DNA of 64,000 bases. Origin: Caulobacterales bacterium (GTDB lineage: Bacteria > Pseudomonadota > Alphaproteobacteria > Caulobacterales > Caulobacteraceae). The notes beneath the pieces were generated by a model. It was given only the letters and a program-made list of their open reading frames with translations. It made no database searches and was not told the DNA's origin. Below are positions 51,022-59,750 of this stretch, one piece after another. A program made the position numbers and the translations under genes. The stretch lies in assembly GCA_044445785.1 (NCBI GenBank), contig JBIOEF010000002.1:13831-77830 (forward strand), given 5' to 3'. Numbering within the stretch: the stretch's first letter is position 1; each line of letters opens with the position of its first letter.

Positions 51022-51546
51022 TCAGTGGGCGCGCAGCGGGTTGTTGGGCGTGATGTCGCCAGCCAGGAATCTCTGCAGCTCCTCGTGCGCCCTGGCGAAG
51101 TTCGCGGCCTCAGGGTCCACGGTGTCGGAGTCGACGGTGAACTCCAGGTTCAGTCCGTCCGGATCGGTGGCGTAGAGCGATCGACAGTATCCGTGGTCGA
51201 TCAGCCTGGGGGCGCGGCCGGCCGCTGCGAGCCGGTCCTGAAGGGCTTTCTGGTTGTCGGCGGTGGTCTTGAAGGCGACGTGGACGAACGGCGAGGCGTT
51301 CTTCTGGCGGAAGGCCTCGGTGTCGGCCGGGTCCTTGAATTGGAAGAAGGCGAGCGCGGATCCGTCGCCCAGGCCGAAGAAGCAGTGGCAGTAGCTCTTG
51401 AGCGAACCCATCATCTCCGCCTGCTCGACGTAGGTGGCCGCCAGGGGGAGGCCGATGACGGTCTCGTAGAACGCACGCGTGCGCTCGAGATCCCGCACGA
51501 CGTAGGCTGTGTGATGCAGCCGGGATGGAAGTTGGAGGTCGCTCAC
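51022..51546 (-). CDS. VOC/glyoxalase family protein
   Basis: LHHTAY, HVAF, SLY.TDPDGLNLE. Confidence 0.9.
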   Translation of the reverse strand: MSDLQLPSRLHHTAYVVRDLERTRAFYETVIGLPLAATYVEQAEMMGSLKSYCHCFFGLGDGSALAFFQFKDPADTEAFRQKNASPFVHVAFKTTADNQKALQDRLAAAGRAPRLIDHGYCRSLYATDPDGLNLEFTVDSDTVDPEAANFARAHEELQRFLAGDITPNNPLRAH

Positions 51547-51722
51547 CGAGGTCTCCCGCGCGATTGATCGCCAGGAACGGTACAGGAATCGGCGCGTCTA
51601 GCCAGACCCTTGGACGTTCGCTCAGTCGCGGGCGGACCAGCCTCGATCTGATGGGCGGCCGGGCCCGGCGGCTTCATTTCAGACGCACGTCGCATCCGTT
51701 GGCGGCCGGTCCAGGTCCCCGG

Positions 51723-51983
51723 TCAAGGTTTTCTTCCGCCGTTGCCCTCGACGTAATGTGGTGAGGCTTCGAGACCTTCAAAGAAGTACTCGATGGGGAC
51801 GCCAAGAACCGCAGCGACGGCCCAAAGACGTGCTGCGGAGATTCTGTTCTGTCCGCATTCGTACTTCTGGACCTGCTGGAAGCCGACGCCTACGGCGTCG
51901 CCCACGTCCTTTTGAGTGAGGCCCACAAGCCTCCGCCGCTGGCGAATGCGGCTCCCGACATGCGTGTCCATATCCAGGTCCAT
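51723..51983 (-). CDS. XRE-family HTH regulator
   Basis: HVGSRIR.RR...GLTQ, FQQVQKYE.G.NRISA. Confidence 0.92.
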   Translation of the reverse strand: MDLDMDTHVGSRIRQRRRLVGLTQKDVGDAVGVGFQQVQKYECGQNRISAARLWAVAAVLGVPIEYFFEGLEASPHYVEGNGGRKP

Positions 51984-52034
51984 GCGTGCGATACCCGCCG
52001 CCCGAACCCCGCGCGAAAGAAAGAGCCAACTGCC

Positions 52035-52049
52035 TTAACAAGGCGTGAA
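52035..52049. promoter_or_regulatory. CtrA-type box upstream of XRE gene
   Basis: TTAA-N7-TGAA (TTCA-N7-TTAA on minus strand), overlapping GANTC 52047-52051. Confidence 0.55.
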
Positions 52050-52122
52050 TCCCAAGGCTAAGGGCCGCTGTGGCCGTTGACGAGAGGGGTGCGGCCGCGG
52101 GCTCGCGACAACGGGCGTTGGC

Positions 52123-52961
52123 TGTGCTGTCAGTCCAACGGCAACCTGTCTCCGTCGAGGCGCAGTGAGCCCAAACCCAGCCGAGGCTACCCCATGACTG
52201 TCCGCCACTCCGCCACTCCGCCAATGCGGCGGAGCGTCTCTCCTTGTAGATTTCGCGGCTGACTAAGTGGCGCTCCTGGCTGAAATGGTTGTGGACCGAG
52301 GCGTGAACCGAGACGAATTTCTGCAGGGTCTTCATCCTGCGGAGCCGGTTCATGGCCCGCTCTCTTCGTCGGAAGGGCAGGTGGCTGTTCTCGGCCCGAT
52401 TGTTCTTCCAGCGGCGCACCGGCGCCTGCCGGCTCTTGGCGTTCAGCGCCTTCAGCGCCGCGCCGTAAGAGGCCAGGCTATCGGTGACGATCGCCTGGGT
52501 TCTGCCATGCCGCTTCATGGCTTTCTTGATGAACTTCAACGCCGCGGCCTTGTCGCGCGCTGTGGTGACGTAGGACTCCAGCACTTCGCCCTCGTGGTCG
52601 ACAGCGCGCCAGAGGTAACGCTTCTGGCCGTTCACCTTGACCACCATCTCGTCCAGATGCCAGCGCCAGTGGGTGTGTTGGCGCATCGCCTGAACCCGCT
52701 TCTTGCGGAGCTGGCCGGCGAACATCGGACCGAACCTGTTCCACCAGTGCCGCACCGTCTCGTGACAAATGTCGATGCCGCGCTCGAACAGCAGGTCCTC
52801 GACGTTGCGCAGCGACAGCGGGTATCTCACGTACATGAGCACTACGAGCCTGATCACCTCGGGCGAGGAGTCAAACCAGCGGAAGGGGTCGTCGGACTTG
52901 GCCATGGCGGGCACTTATCGGGCCCCGGTTAGCGCGCCAAGAAATTTGCGCTGACATCACC
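52123..52961 (-). mobile_element. IS6-family insertion sequence (about 839 bp)
   Basis: Imperfect terminal IRs tgtgctgtcagtccaa / reverse complement ggtgatgtcagcgcaa; IS6 DDE transposase inside; no flanking TSD seen. Confidence 0.88.
52187..52905 (-). pseudogene. IS6 transposase with C-terminal frameshift (reads through to 51778)
   Basis: YPLSLRNVEDLL.ERG, WHLDE, NNRAENSH; extra 8-bp unit tccgccac at 52201-52223 shifts frame before the in-element stop at 52187. Confidence 0.8.
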
Positions 52962-52974
52962 GGAGCCGCTAAAC

Positions 52975-53280
52975 GTGATGCTTCCGCGTTTCATTGTTGC
53001 TGCCGTAATCGGTGCGGCCATGTTTGCGACTTCGGCCCGAGGCGACGATGCCGCCCAAAACGCCGAAGCAGCGGCTCAACTTGGTTCAAAGTACTGTAGT
53101 TTTCCCCACTCCGCGCCCGTCAAGTGGTCCGCCAAGCTCACCGAGACAGGTGACTGGGTGGCTTGGCCGGGCGACGCGAATGGGCCGTACTGTTCCAAGC
53201 CAATCGCATTCATCCGCGATGGGCACGTGTTCTGCGACATCGCCAAGTGCGTGGACGTGAAGCGGCCGAATTCAAAGTGA
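52975..53280 (+). CDS. Small secreted Cys-containing hypothetical protein
   Basis: Signal peptide, four Cys. Confidence 0.55.
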   Translation: MMLPRFIVAAVIGAAMFATSARGDDAAQNAEAAAQLGSKYCSFPHSAPVKWSAKLTETGDWVAWPGDANGPYCSKPIAFIRDGHVFCDIAKCVDVKRPNSK

Positions 53281-53422
53281 GACACTACCCGCCCAGGAAG
53301 GCCGACAAGCACAGCCTCAGTCTGCTGGGCCGCTATGGCGACGCGGGCGCGATCACGCCGGAGCGCGAGCTGGTCGACGGCGAGGTCCTGGACGGGGCGA
53401 TGCTGAGGCGCTGAGGGCACGT

Positions 53423-53476
53423 GCGTCTGCTTTTGGGAGCAGGGGGTCGCGTGTTCGAATCACGCCGCCCCGACCA
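53423..53476 (+). pseudogene. 3' fragment of tRNA-Pro(TGG), att-like remnant
   Basis: Anticodon arm tctgc-ttttggga-gcagg (one extra T), T arm GTTCGAATC, ends CCGACCA; no recognisable D arm. Confidence 0.8.
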
Positions 53477-53516
53477 TGGTCGAGATTACCGATGGCAAGC
53501 GGAGCGTCGCCCCCAA

Positions 53517-55082
53517 CTATTGCAACGTTTTCGGATCGAGGATTGCCCGACGGATCGATCGATAGTCGTCGCGGGGCACATCTACGTAGCCTTCGCCCTC
53601 GATCTCAAATAGCCCTTCGGGCGCCCCAGCCGTATTGATCAGTTCGACGTAACATCCATAGTCAATCTTGTAGACATCGTACCGTTTGCCCGGTTCGTCG
53701 CGAGAAGAAACGTTCTTCTTGAGAATATGAAGCAAGCGCGAGTCGAATAATTTCTCAATCCCTTCGTCTCGCACATTACTGGGGAACAGGAAGGCTCTAG
53801 CTCTTCGCTTTCCGATCACCCCATCCACTATGTGGTCGAGCAACGCACCTAACTCTGGGCTGCTTCGGATCGCTGCCGCCTTGTCTTGGTTATACCAGTC
53901 TCGCGCCGCCGCGCGAACGTGGCTCATTGCGATTCGTTGGCCATATCCTTTGGTGGCAATCTTCGCGGCTAGATTCAATGCGTCGCGCGGTACCCCCTCG
54001 ACTGCTCGCACGAACTCTTCAAACACTGGGTATTGGGTAAAAGCAGTGTGAATGAAGGAGTCAGCGTCTGCGAAGACAGGCGGATTACCCTCAGCACTCG
54101 TGTAGTGCCGAAATATCAACGCCTTGATAAAAGCAGTCGCTTTATCCTGGCTATTGTCGAAGACAAGGAAATCATCGAGATTCAAGTCCGCCGACAAATC
54201 CGCACCCAACTCCAAGCCTATATATTCTCCCCTTTCCTTCAAGATGACAAACTGAGATCTATGTTCTATTGCAGCAATCTTAACGGTGATCTCGTTGATC
54301 GGCAGTAATATTCTTCGCAGAAGGTCCGCTAGATAAGGTTGAAGTTCAAGGGGTAGTTCGCTCCACTCATCGATCAGGAGCCAGATTCGAGGTGTGTCCA
54401 GCACGGCTATTAAGTCGCCTAAGGTGGCCGCAATATTTCCGAAGGTTAGATGTACCAGTTCCACGCCAGAGCGAAGTATGCGTCGCGAGGTTTCTGTCGT
54501 TCGCTCTCGTTCGTGACGAGCCTCAATATCTACAGACACCGGCTTTCCCGTGCTGATCTTCCCCGAGAGGCCTGCGCTCTCCTTGGCCGACCCGGTGTCC
54601 GTCTGTTCAACTTCCGCAGTTCCCGCGATGCGGATCGTACTTAGCGCTTCTTGTAGACGGTCCAGGCGCCGTGTCAGCTCGCCTGGGTTGGGATGTTGGT
54701 CGATGCGTTCGAGCGTGAGGCCGTACAGTTCGTCATACAGGCCCCCGAGCACATCTACCACCAACGTCGACGCCCGCTCGGACATCGCCCTGCCACCGTC
54801 TGAGTATATGGACCCATTGGAGCCGATAGATCTGAGATCCAGGTAAATAGCGCGCTCTCCGCGACCCTCGACAATCTCAGCGAGGTATTTCAGAGCGTGT
54901 GTCTTACCTGTTCCTCTACGCCCGTAGATGACTTGATTGTTGGTCGTGGAAAGCAAGTCGAAAAGAGGGGCTGAGTCGACAAAGGTCGCTACCAAAGTGG
55001 CATCGGACGATTTCTCCGCGCGTTTATTGAAGGCGATCAGCGCTTTATGAATGCGCTCAAGCACTTCCGAGTCTTCAGCCAT
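53517..55082 (-). CDS. Standalone P-loop ATPase (ORC/CDC6-like or STAND-like)
   Basis: Walker A GRRGTGKT, Walker B WLLIDE, GVPRDAL sensor; visibly lower GC than core genes. Confidence 0.8.
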   Translation of the reverse strand: MAEDSEVLERIHKALIAFNKRAEKSSDATLVATFVDSAPLFDLLSTTNNQVIYGRRGTGKTHALKYLAEIVEGRGERAIYLDLRSIGSNGSIYSDGGRAMSERASTLVVDVLGGLYDELYGLTLERIDQHPNPGELTRRLDRLQEALSTIRIAGTAEVEQTDTGSAKESAGLSGKISTGKPVSVDIEARHERERTTETSRRILRSGVELVHLTFGNIAATLGDLIAVLDTPRIWLLIDEWSELPLELQPYLADLLRRILLPINEITVKIAAIEHRSQFVILKERGEYIGLELGADLSADLNLDDFLVFDNSQDKATAFIKALIFRHYTSAEGNPPVFADADSFIHTAFTQYPVFEEFVRAVEGVPRDALNLAAKIATKGYGQRIAMSHVRAAARDWYNQDKAAAIRSSPELGALLDHIVDGVIGKRRARAFLFPSNVRDEGIEKLFDSRLLHILKKNVSSRDEPGKRYDVYKIDYGCYVELINTAGAPEGLFEIEGEGYVDVPRDDYRSIRRAILDPKTLQ

Positions 55083-55228
55083 TCCTTCGCCCTTGATGCG
55101 CGCACGCCGCAATCTAGACCGATCTTAGGTTGAAGCAATGCTCGAACGCTAAGGGCCGGGTGAAGCACCTGTGTAATACGTAAGTAGTGGATTTATAGGG
55201 GCGTTAAATTTGCTTGGGAGCATAAGCC

Positions 55229-55256
55229 AATGACTGCGTTCGACCCATTGCTGACC
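55229..55256 (+). repeat. Degenerate GTCCGC repeat unit R1
   Basis: aatgactgcgttcgacccattgctgacc versus consensus atgtccgctttcgacccaaagcggac. Confidence 0.55.
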
Positions 55257-55630
55257 CTCAAGAAGGGTGGCAGGTCTGCGGATCAGGTCGTCCTCGCAGC
55301 GTCATTCCATGGAACACCCTGACTGGCGGCGCGACGCCTTCCATGAGCTCCAAGAAAAGATCGCTCGACTTAGAGCCGCTTATCGGCTCGGCGATAGGGT
55401 ACGTTACTGCTGCCGCCAGTGACTTCAGTGTAGGGCGTCTGGTTGTCTCCATTGGCGGTTCGTCGGGCTCCTCCGCACCGGTCGCTGTTCGAAACAACTC
55501 GTGGGGCGGCGGAGCAGTGTCCCCCCGGCTCGCCCGAGCGACTCCACTACCGAATTTTCACTCAGAATGGCAGACGGGGTGTCAAGCCAGCGTCAGGCAG
55601 CGCAAATCCGGTATTTTGCCGGTGCTCGGA

Positions 55631-55677
55631 ACGTCCGCTTTTCGGCACGGTACCGAGGTCCGCTATCGACCCAAAGC
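55631..55677 (+). repeat. GTCCGC repeat unit R2, left part (completed by 57062-57069)
   Basis: gtccgcttttcggc-spacer-gtccgctatcgacccaaagc | IS | ggacattc. Confidence 0.9.
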
Positions 55678-55765
55678 AGATGGGGTGGATGGCTCCCGTT
55701 CCCGGCGTCTGAGCGCCAAAGTGTGGGTTGCTGTCGAGCAAACCACGAGCAGGGAGCCATCCGTC

Positions 55766-56800
55766 ATGCAGATTACCACCGTCGGCCTGGATCTGGCCAA
55801 GAGCGTCTTTCAAGTTCACGCGATCAACGGCGCCGGTGAGGTTGTCGTGCGCCGAGCGCTGAGGCGCGCGCAGGTGTTGCCGTTCTTCGGCAAGCTTGCG
55901 CCGTGTCTGATCGGGATCGAGGCCTGCGGAACGAGCCATCACTGGGCGCGGGAGCTGGTCCGTCTTGGGCACGAGGTGCGGTTGATGCCGCCGGCCTACG
56001 TCAAGCCGTACGTGAAGCGGGGCAAGACCGACGCCGGCGACGCGGAGGCGATCTGCGAGGCGGTGAGGCGCCCGACCATGCGCTTCGTTCCGATCAAGTC
56101 GGTTGAGCAGCAGGCGGCGCTCTCGCTGCATCGGACGCGTGACCTGCTCGTGCGTCAGCGCACGCAGCTGGTGAACATGATCCGCGACCTGCTTGCAGAG
56201 TTCGGCGTCGATCTTCCACGCGGGATCGGCCATGCCCTGGCCTTCGCCCGGCGAGCGGTCGCCGGCGAGGCGCAGGCGCTTCCCGACCTGGCGGCCAGGG
56301 TGATCGGCAGTCTCGCCGAACAGGCGCTCGAAGGTCAGGCTCGCATCCGCCGGCTTGAACGCGAGCTTCTGGCCTGGCATCGCTCCAGCGATCTGGCCAG
56401 ACGCATCGCCACCGTGCCGGGGGTCGGACTGCTGGGCGCCACGGCCTTGGCGGCGGCGGTCACCGATCCCACCCAGTTCCGCTCCGGCCGCCAGTTCGCC
56501 GCCTGGTTGGGCCTCACCCCGCTGCAGAACTCCAGCGGCGGCAAGGAGCGGCTGGGGCGGATCTCCAAGATGGGCGACCGGTATCTGCGCCGGCTCCTGA
56601 TCGTCGGCATGACTTCGCTCGTGCGCCAGTCCAGACACAACCCCGGCGCCACCGCGCCCTATGTGGCCGACCTGCTCGCCCGCAAGCCGGCCCGCCTGGC
56701 CACGGTCGCCATGGCCAACAAGGCCGCCCGGGCGATCTGGGCGATCATGGTGCGCGGCGGCGTCTATCGGACGCCCGCTCCAGCCATGGCGACGGCCTAA
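55766..56800 (+). CDS. IS110-family DEDD recombinase/transposase
   Basis: GLDLAKSVFQVH, IEAC, KTDAGDAEAI, GLTP...SSGGK. Confidence 0.96.
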   Translation: MQITTVGLDLAKSVFQVHAINGAGEVVVRRALRRAQVLPFFGKLAPCLIGIEACGTSHHWARELVRLGHEVRLMPPAYVKPYVKRGKTDAGDAEAICEAVRRPTMRFVPIKSVEQQAALSLHRTRDLLVRQRTQLVNMIRDLLAEFGVDLPRGIGHALAFARRAVAGEAQALPDLAARVIGSLAEQALEGQARIRRLERELLAWHRSSDLARRIATVPGVGLLGATALAAAVTDPTQFRSGRQFAAWLGLTPLQNSSGGKERLGRISKMGDRYLRRLLIVGMTSLVRQSRHNPGATAPYVADLLARKPARLATVAMANKAARAIWAIMVRGGVYRTPAPAMATA

Positions 56801-57044
56801 GCCTCGGTCAGCGCCGCCAGCAGAAGCGCTCAGAGGTTGCGAGGACGATGTGACGTGATGGCGAAACGGTCAGACCGAGACGAGGACAACCCGACTAATG
56901 TCCAGGGCGACTTGAGCCCGCAAAGCAGAATGGGACCTCGTTCGCGCAAACCATCAAGGCCAGCGGTCAATGACCGCGCAAACAGGTCGAACACAAGACT
57001 GCACCCAACCACCACGCCAAACCTTCACATCACCCCTTGCAACG
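56801..57044 (+). ncRNA. Putative bridge/seek RNA region of the IS1111-type element
   Basis: Long 3' non-coding end; aatgtcc (56897-56903) is the reverse complement of the right target flank and caaagc (56921-56926) equals the left target flank, both in an internal loop; boundaries approximate. Confidence 0.75.
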
Positions 57045-57161
57045 CGGGAGCCATCCACACAGGACATTCGGGGGTCCGCGTCCGGACGCTAACGACGAGG
57101 ACCTGGCAGACGCGCGCCACGCGAGTGTGTAGCGTCGTCAACCCAATGGGCGGGGTCGGTC

Positions 57162-58136
57162 ATGCAGAAGTCAGCCATCGTCGCGATCATGGGGGCCCTG
57201 TTGTCGTCGCTCGCCGTGGCTCAGCCAAATCCGGCGCCGAAGGTTCCGCCAGCGATACCTTCCGTCGTTGTCGGTGATCCCGGGCCGACCGGGGTCAGGA
57301 TCGACAAGGACGGGGTGTTCGCGAACTTCTTCCCGGCCAAGGCTCGGGGCAGGCGACCGGCGATCCTGTTGCTGGGCGGATCGGAGGGCGGCCTCAGCCC
57401 GGGCGGCGAAGGTCCGATCAAGGCGCTCACCGCGGAAGGATTCGACGTCCTGTACCTTTGTTATTTCGGCTGTCCCGGCACGCCGCATCAGCTGGTGGCG
57501 GTGCCATTGGAGACCTTCGACCGAGCGCTTGCGTTCCTTCGGCGCCAGACGGGCGTTGATCCGAACCGGATCGGGGTTGTCGGTGGTTCGAAGGGCGGCG
57601 AAGCGGCCTTGCTCGTCGCGACGCGCCAACCGAGACTGAAAGCGGTGGTCGTCGGGATGCCTTCCAGCGTGGCTTGGCCCGGTGTCACAAATTCACTGAC
57701 GATGCAGCCGAGTTGGACCTCGGGCGGCGCGCCCGTGCCCTTCCTGCCCTACGCCTTTGCCTCCTATGCGAAGGCCGGCATCTTCGGCCTCTACAACGAC
57801 GCCTTGCCTACCCTGGCGCAACATCCAGAGGCCGCCATTCCAGTCGAGCAAGTCGCCGGCCCCATCATGCTGGTCTGCGGCGAAGCAGACACCCTTTGGC
57901 CGTCATGCACGATGGCGGATCAGATATCGCGTCGGCTGACGTCCAGGGGTAGGCCGGCGCCGACAGTCTTGCGCTACGCCGATGCGGGCCACCAAGTATT
58001 CGGGCCTCCAGTGCAGAACACGAACTCGAACGACTGGCTCGCGAGCCTAGGCGGAACCGTCAACGGGAACGCGACGGCGCGGGCTGACGGCTGGCCAAAG
58101 GTTGTAGCCTTCCTAAAGATCAAGCTTAGACCCTAG
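57162..58136 (+). CDS. Secreted alpha/beta hydrolase (BAAT/acyl-CoA thioesterase C-terminal-like)
   Basis: Signal peptide, LGGSEGG, GGSKGGE, D.LWPS, Y..AGH. Confidence 0.88.
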   Translation: MQKSAIVAIMGALLSSLAVAQPNPAPKVPPAIPSVVVGDPGPTGVRIDKDGVFANFFPAKARGRRPAILLLGGSEGGLSPGGEGPIKALTAEGFDVLYLCYFGCPGTPHQLVAVPLETFDRALAFLRRQTGVDPNRIGVVGGSKGGEAALLVATRQPRLKAVVVGMPSSVAWPGVTNSLTMQPSWTSGGAPVPFLPYAFASYAKAGIFGLYNDALPTLAQHPEAAIPVEQVAGPIMLVCGEADTLWPSCTMADQISRRLTSRGRPAPTVLRYADAGHQVFGPPVQNTNSNDWLASLGGTVNGNATARADGWPKVVAFLKIKLRP

Positions 58137-58195
58137 TCTTCAGCATGGCGGGGCCGGCCCTTCGCCGACAACGAGATGCGTGCGCTCACCACCCA

Positions 58196-58846
58196 TCACT
58201 GACAATGGGAAGGTCCGCTTCCGGGCAACTCACCTGAGTCCGCTTTCGACCCAAAGCGGACATTCAGCAGTTCCGTTCGTGGCGTGCGAGGGTAGGGAGG
58301 CATGCTCGCATGCTCGCGGTAGAGCGCGGCGTCCATCGAGTAGACCACCGCTTCGAACTCGCCACCTTCATCACTGAGCCGCGGCGCATGATTGAATCTC
58401 ATTCCGATCCGACGCATCACGGCGATGCTCCGCATGTTTGGGGCGTCAGCGACCGAGATGACGCGCGCAGTTCCAAGGCTTTCGAAGGCATAAGCAAGCC
58501 ACGCGGACGCGGCCTCCGTGGCGTAGCCATTCCCCCAATAAGCACTGCCAAAGCGCCAGCCAATCTCGAGGTCGTGCGGAAACCAAGCCTCAATGGACAG
58601 ACCGCACATCCCCAAGAATGTGCCGTCACCTCGTCGCTCGACTGCAATCTTGCCGAAACGCCGCGTTGCGAAACACCGGTTCGCGCCGTCAGCTTGCTCG
58701 TCGGACACGGTGCGCGACAGGGCAATACCGCCCAAGAATTCGACAACGGCCGGGTCGGCGTTGATTTCAGCGTAGACGGGAAGGTCCTGCGTGCGGAACG
58801 GTCGCAGGATCAGCCGCTCGGTTTCCAGAACTAATCCCCGGTCCAT
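58196..58846 (-). CDS. RimJ/RimL-type GNAT acetyltransferase
   Basis: LETERLILRP, EIGWR...YWGNGYATEA, N.RS..VM.RIGM; tail reads through repeat R3. Confidence 0.88.
   Translation of the reverse strand: MDRGLVLETERLILRPFRTQDLPVYAEINADPAVVEFLGGIALSRTVSDEQADGANRCFATRRFGKIAVERRGDGTFLGMCGLSIEAWFPHDLEIGWRFGSAYWGNGYATEAASAWLAYAFESLGTARVISVADAPNMRSIAVMRRIGMRFNHAPRLSDEGGEFEAVVYSMDAALYREHASMPPYPRTPRTELLNVRFGSKADSGELPGSGPSHCQ
58210..58265 (+). repeat. GTCCGC repeat unit R3
   Basis: aaggtccgcttccgggc-aactcacct-gagtccgctttcgacccaaagcggacattc. Confidence 0.92.
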
Positions 58847-58938
58847 GTGTCTAACATGCTCGACATCGAGGAGCGTCAGCCTAGGCGTCAATTGCCCGCC
58901 GTACCAGTGTTCAAACAAGACACTTTAGCCGCCCTCAC

Positions 58939-59097
58939 GAGTCCGATATGGGGCGCAAAGCTGCCGATCCGCTACGTGCGCCAAAGGGCAGCTTTGGCCA
59001 AAAGCGCCCAACTATCTTGGGTACCAAGCGTCAGATTTTGACCACTAGCAACCGCCGAAACATCCGCGTTAGGTCCGCTTTCGGCCCGTTGCAGACC
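58939..59097 (+). repeat. Cluster of degenerate GTCCGC units R4
   Basis: gagtccgatatggggcgcaaagctgcc (58939) and aggtccgctttcggcccgttgcagacc (59071). Confidence 0.6.
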
Positions 59098-59148
59098 ACG
59101 CGTCTTCGCGGCACTCTCGGCGCGAGCTTCGCGAACGTAGGGCTCCAG

Positions 59149-59634
59149 ATGCTGAGGAAACGATCGCTCTCCAAAGCATGGGTCGTCGCTAGCCTGTTGC
59201 TCGCGGCGTCCGGAGCTAGCCAGGCGCAGCAGAGCGATCACATGGTCTTGGGGCCGGACCAATTTAAGTTTGATCAGACGCGTTCCGGCGCGGTTCTCTG
59301 CGCGTGGTCGATGTACCTGGAGACTCAGGCGGCAACCAAAGCCTGCGGGCTGACCCGAGGGCCCGCAGACGATGCCATAGACAGAGCAATTCTCGACATC
59401 GACGGCTTCATTATTGCGAACTCCTCGCTTCACCCTACGCGGGCCGCACTGGAGGAGTTCAAGCGACGCACCAATGACGCGTTCATTCGCGACCTTCGCA
59501 GTCGCAGCCTGCGGAAGTTCTGCGAGGGGCCGGACCTGGAAGCATTCCGCGCCGGCTCTCCGGCCGGAATTGCGTCCTCTGTTCGTGCGCTTCTCGCTAA
59601 GCCCCGCGAACCCGTAATGAACCCGTGCCTATAG
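59149..59634 (+). CDS. Secreted hypothetical protein
   Basis: Signal peptide ending ASQA; four Cys. Confidence 0.7.
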   Translation: MLRKRSLSKAWVVASLLLAASGASQAQQSDHMVLGPDQFKFDQTRSGAVLCAWSMYLETQAATKACGLTRGPADDAIDRAILDIDGFIIANSSLHPTRAALEEFKRRTNDAFIRDLRSRSLRKFCEGPDLEAFRAGSPAGIASSVRALLAKPREPVMNPCL

Positions 59635-59718
59635 TTCCGCTCCTCACCCATCTCTGACATCGGGAAGGTCCGCTTTCGGGCATAGCGCCGATGTCCGCTT
59701 TCGACCCAAAGCGGACAT
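59634..59718 (+). repeat. GTCCGC repeat unit R5
   Basis: Degenerate unit plus ggaaggtccgctttcgggc-atagcgcc-gatgtccgctttcgacccaaagcggacat. Confidence 0.92.
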
Positions 59719-59750
59719 GGTGACAACGGGATTGTTTCCGCCGGACCGGC

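Larger units (their letters stand above)
55678..57061 (+). mobile_element. IS110-family, IS1111-type element (1384 bp)
   Basis: Perfect 14-bp sub-terminal IRs gtggatggctcccg (55685-55698 / 57045-57058) set 7 and 3 nt inside the ends; removing it restores the repeat; no TSD. Confidence 0.93.

Noticed and set aside
53393-53476. Intact tRNA-Pro gene
   Set aside because: No D arm and an 8-nt anticodon loop; the 5' CGGGGCG match may be chance.
55258-55497. 79-aa ORF between R1 and R2
   Set aside because: No RBS or motif and no convincing frame; possibly a decayed module.
55343-55765. N-terminal extension of the IS110 ORF (485 aa in the track)
   Set aside because: It starts outside the element and crosses the repeat; the family N-terminus begins at ATG 55766 after an RBS.
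58210-58265. GTCCGC repeats as simple intrinsic terminators
   Set aside because: No U-tract, fixed orientation regardless of gene direction, and they occur upstream of genes as well as downstream.
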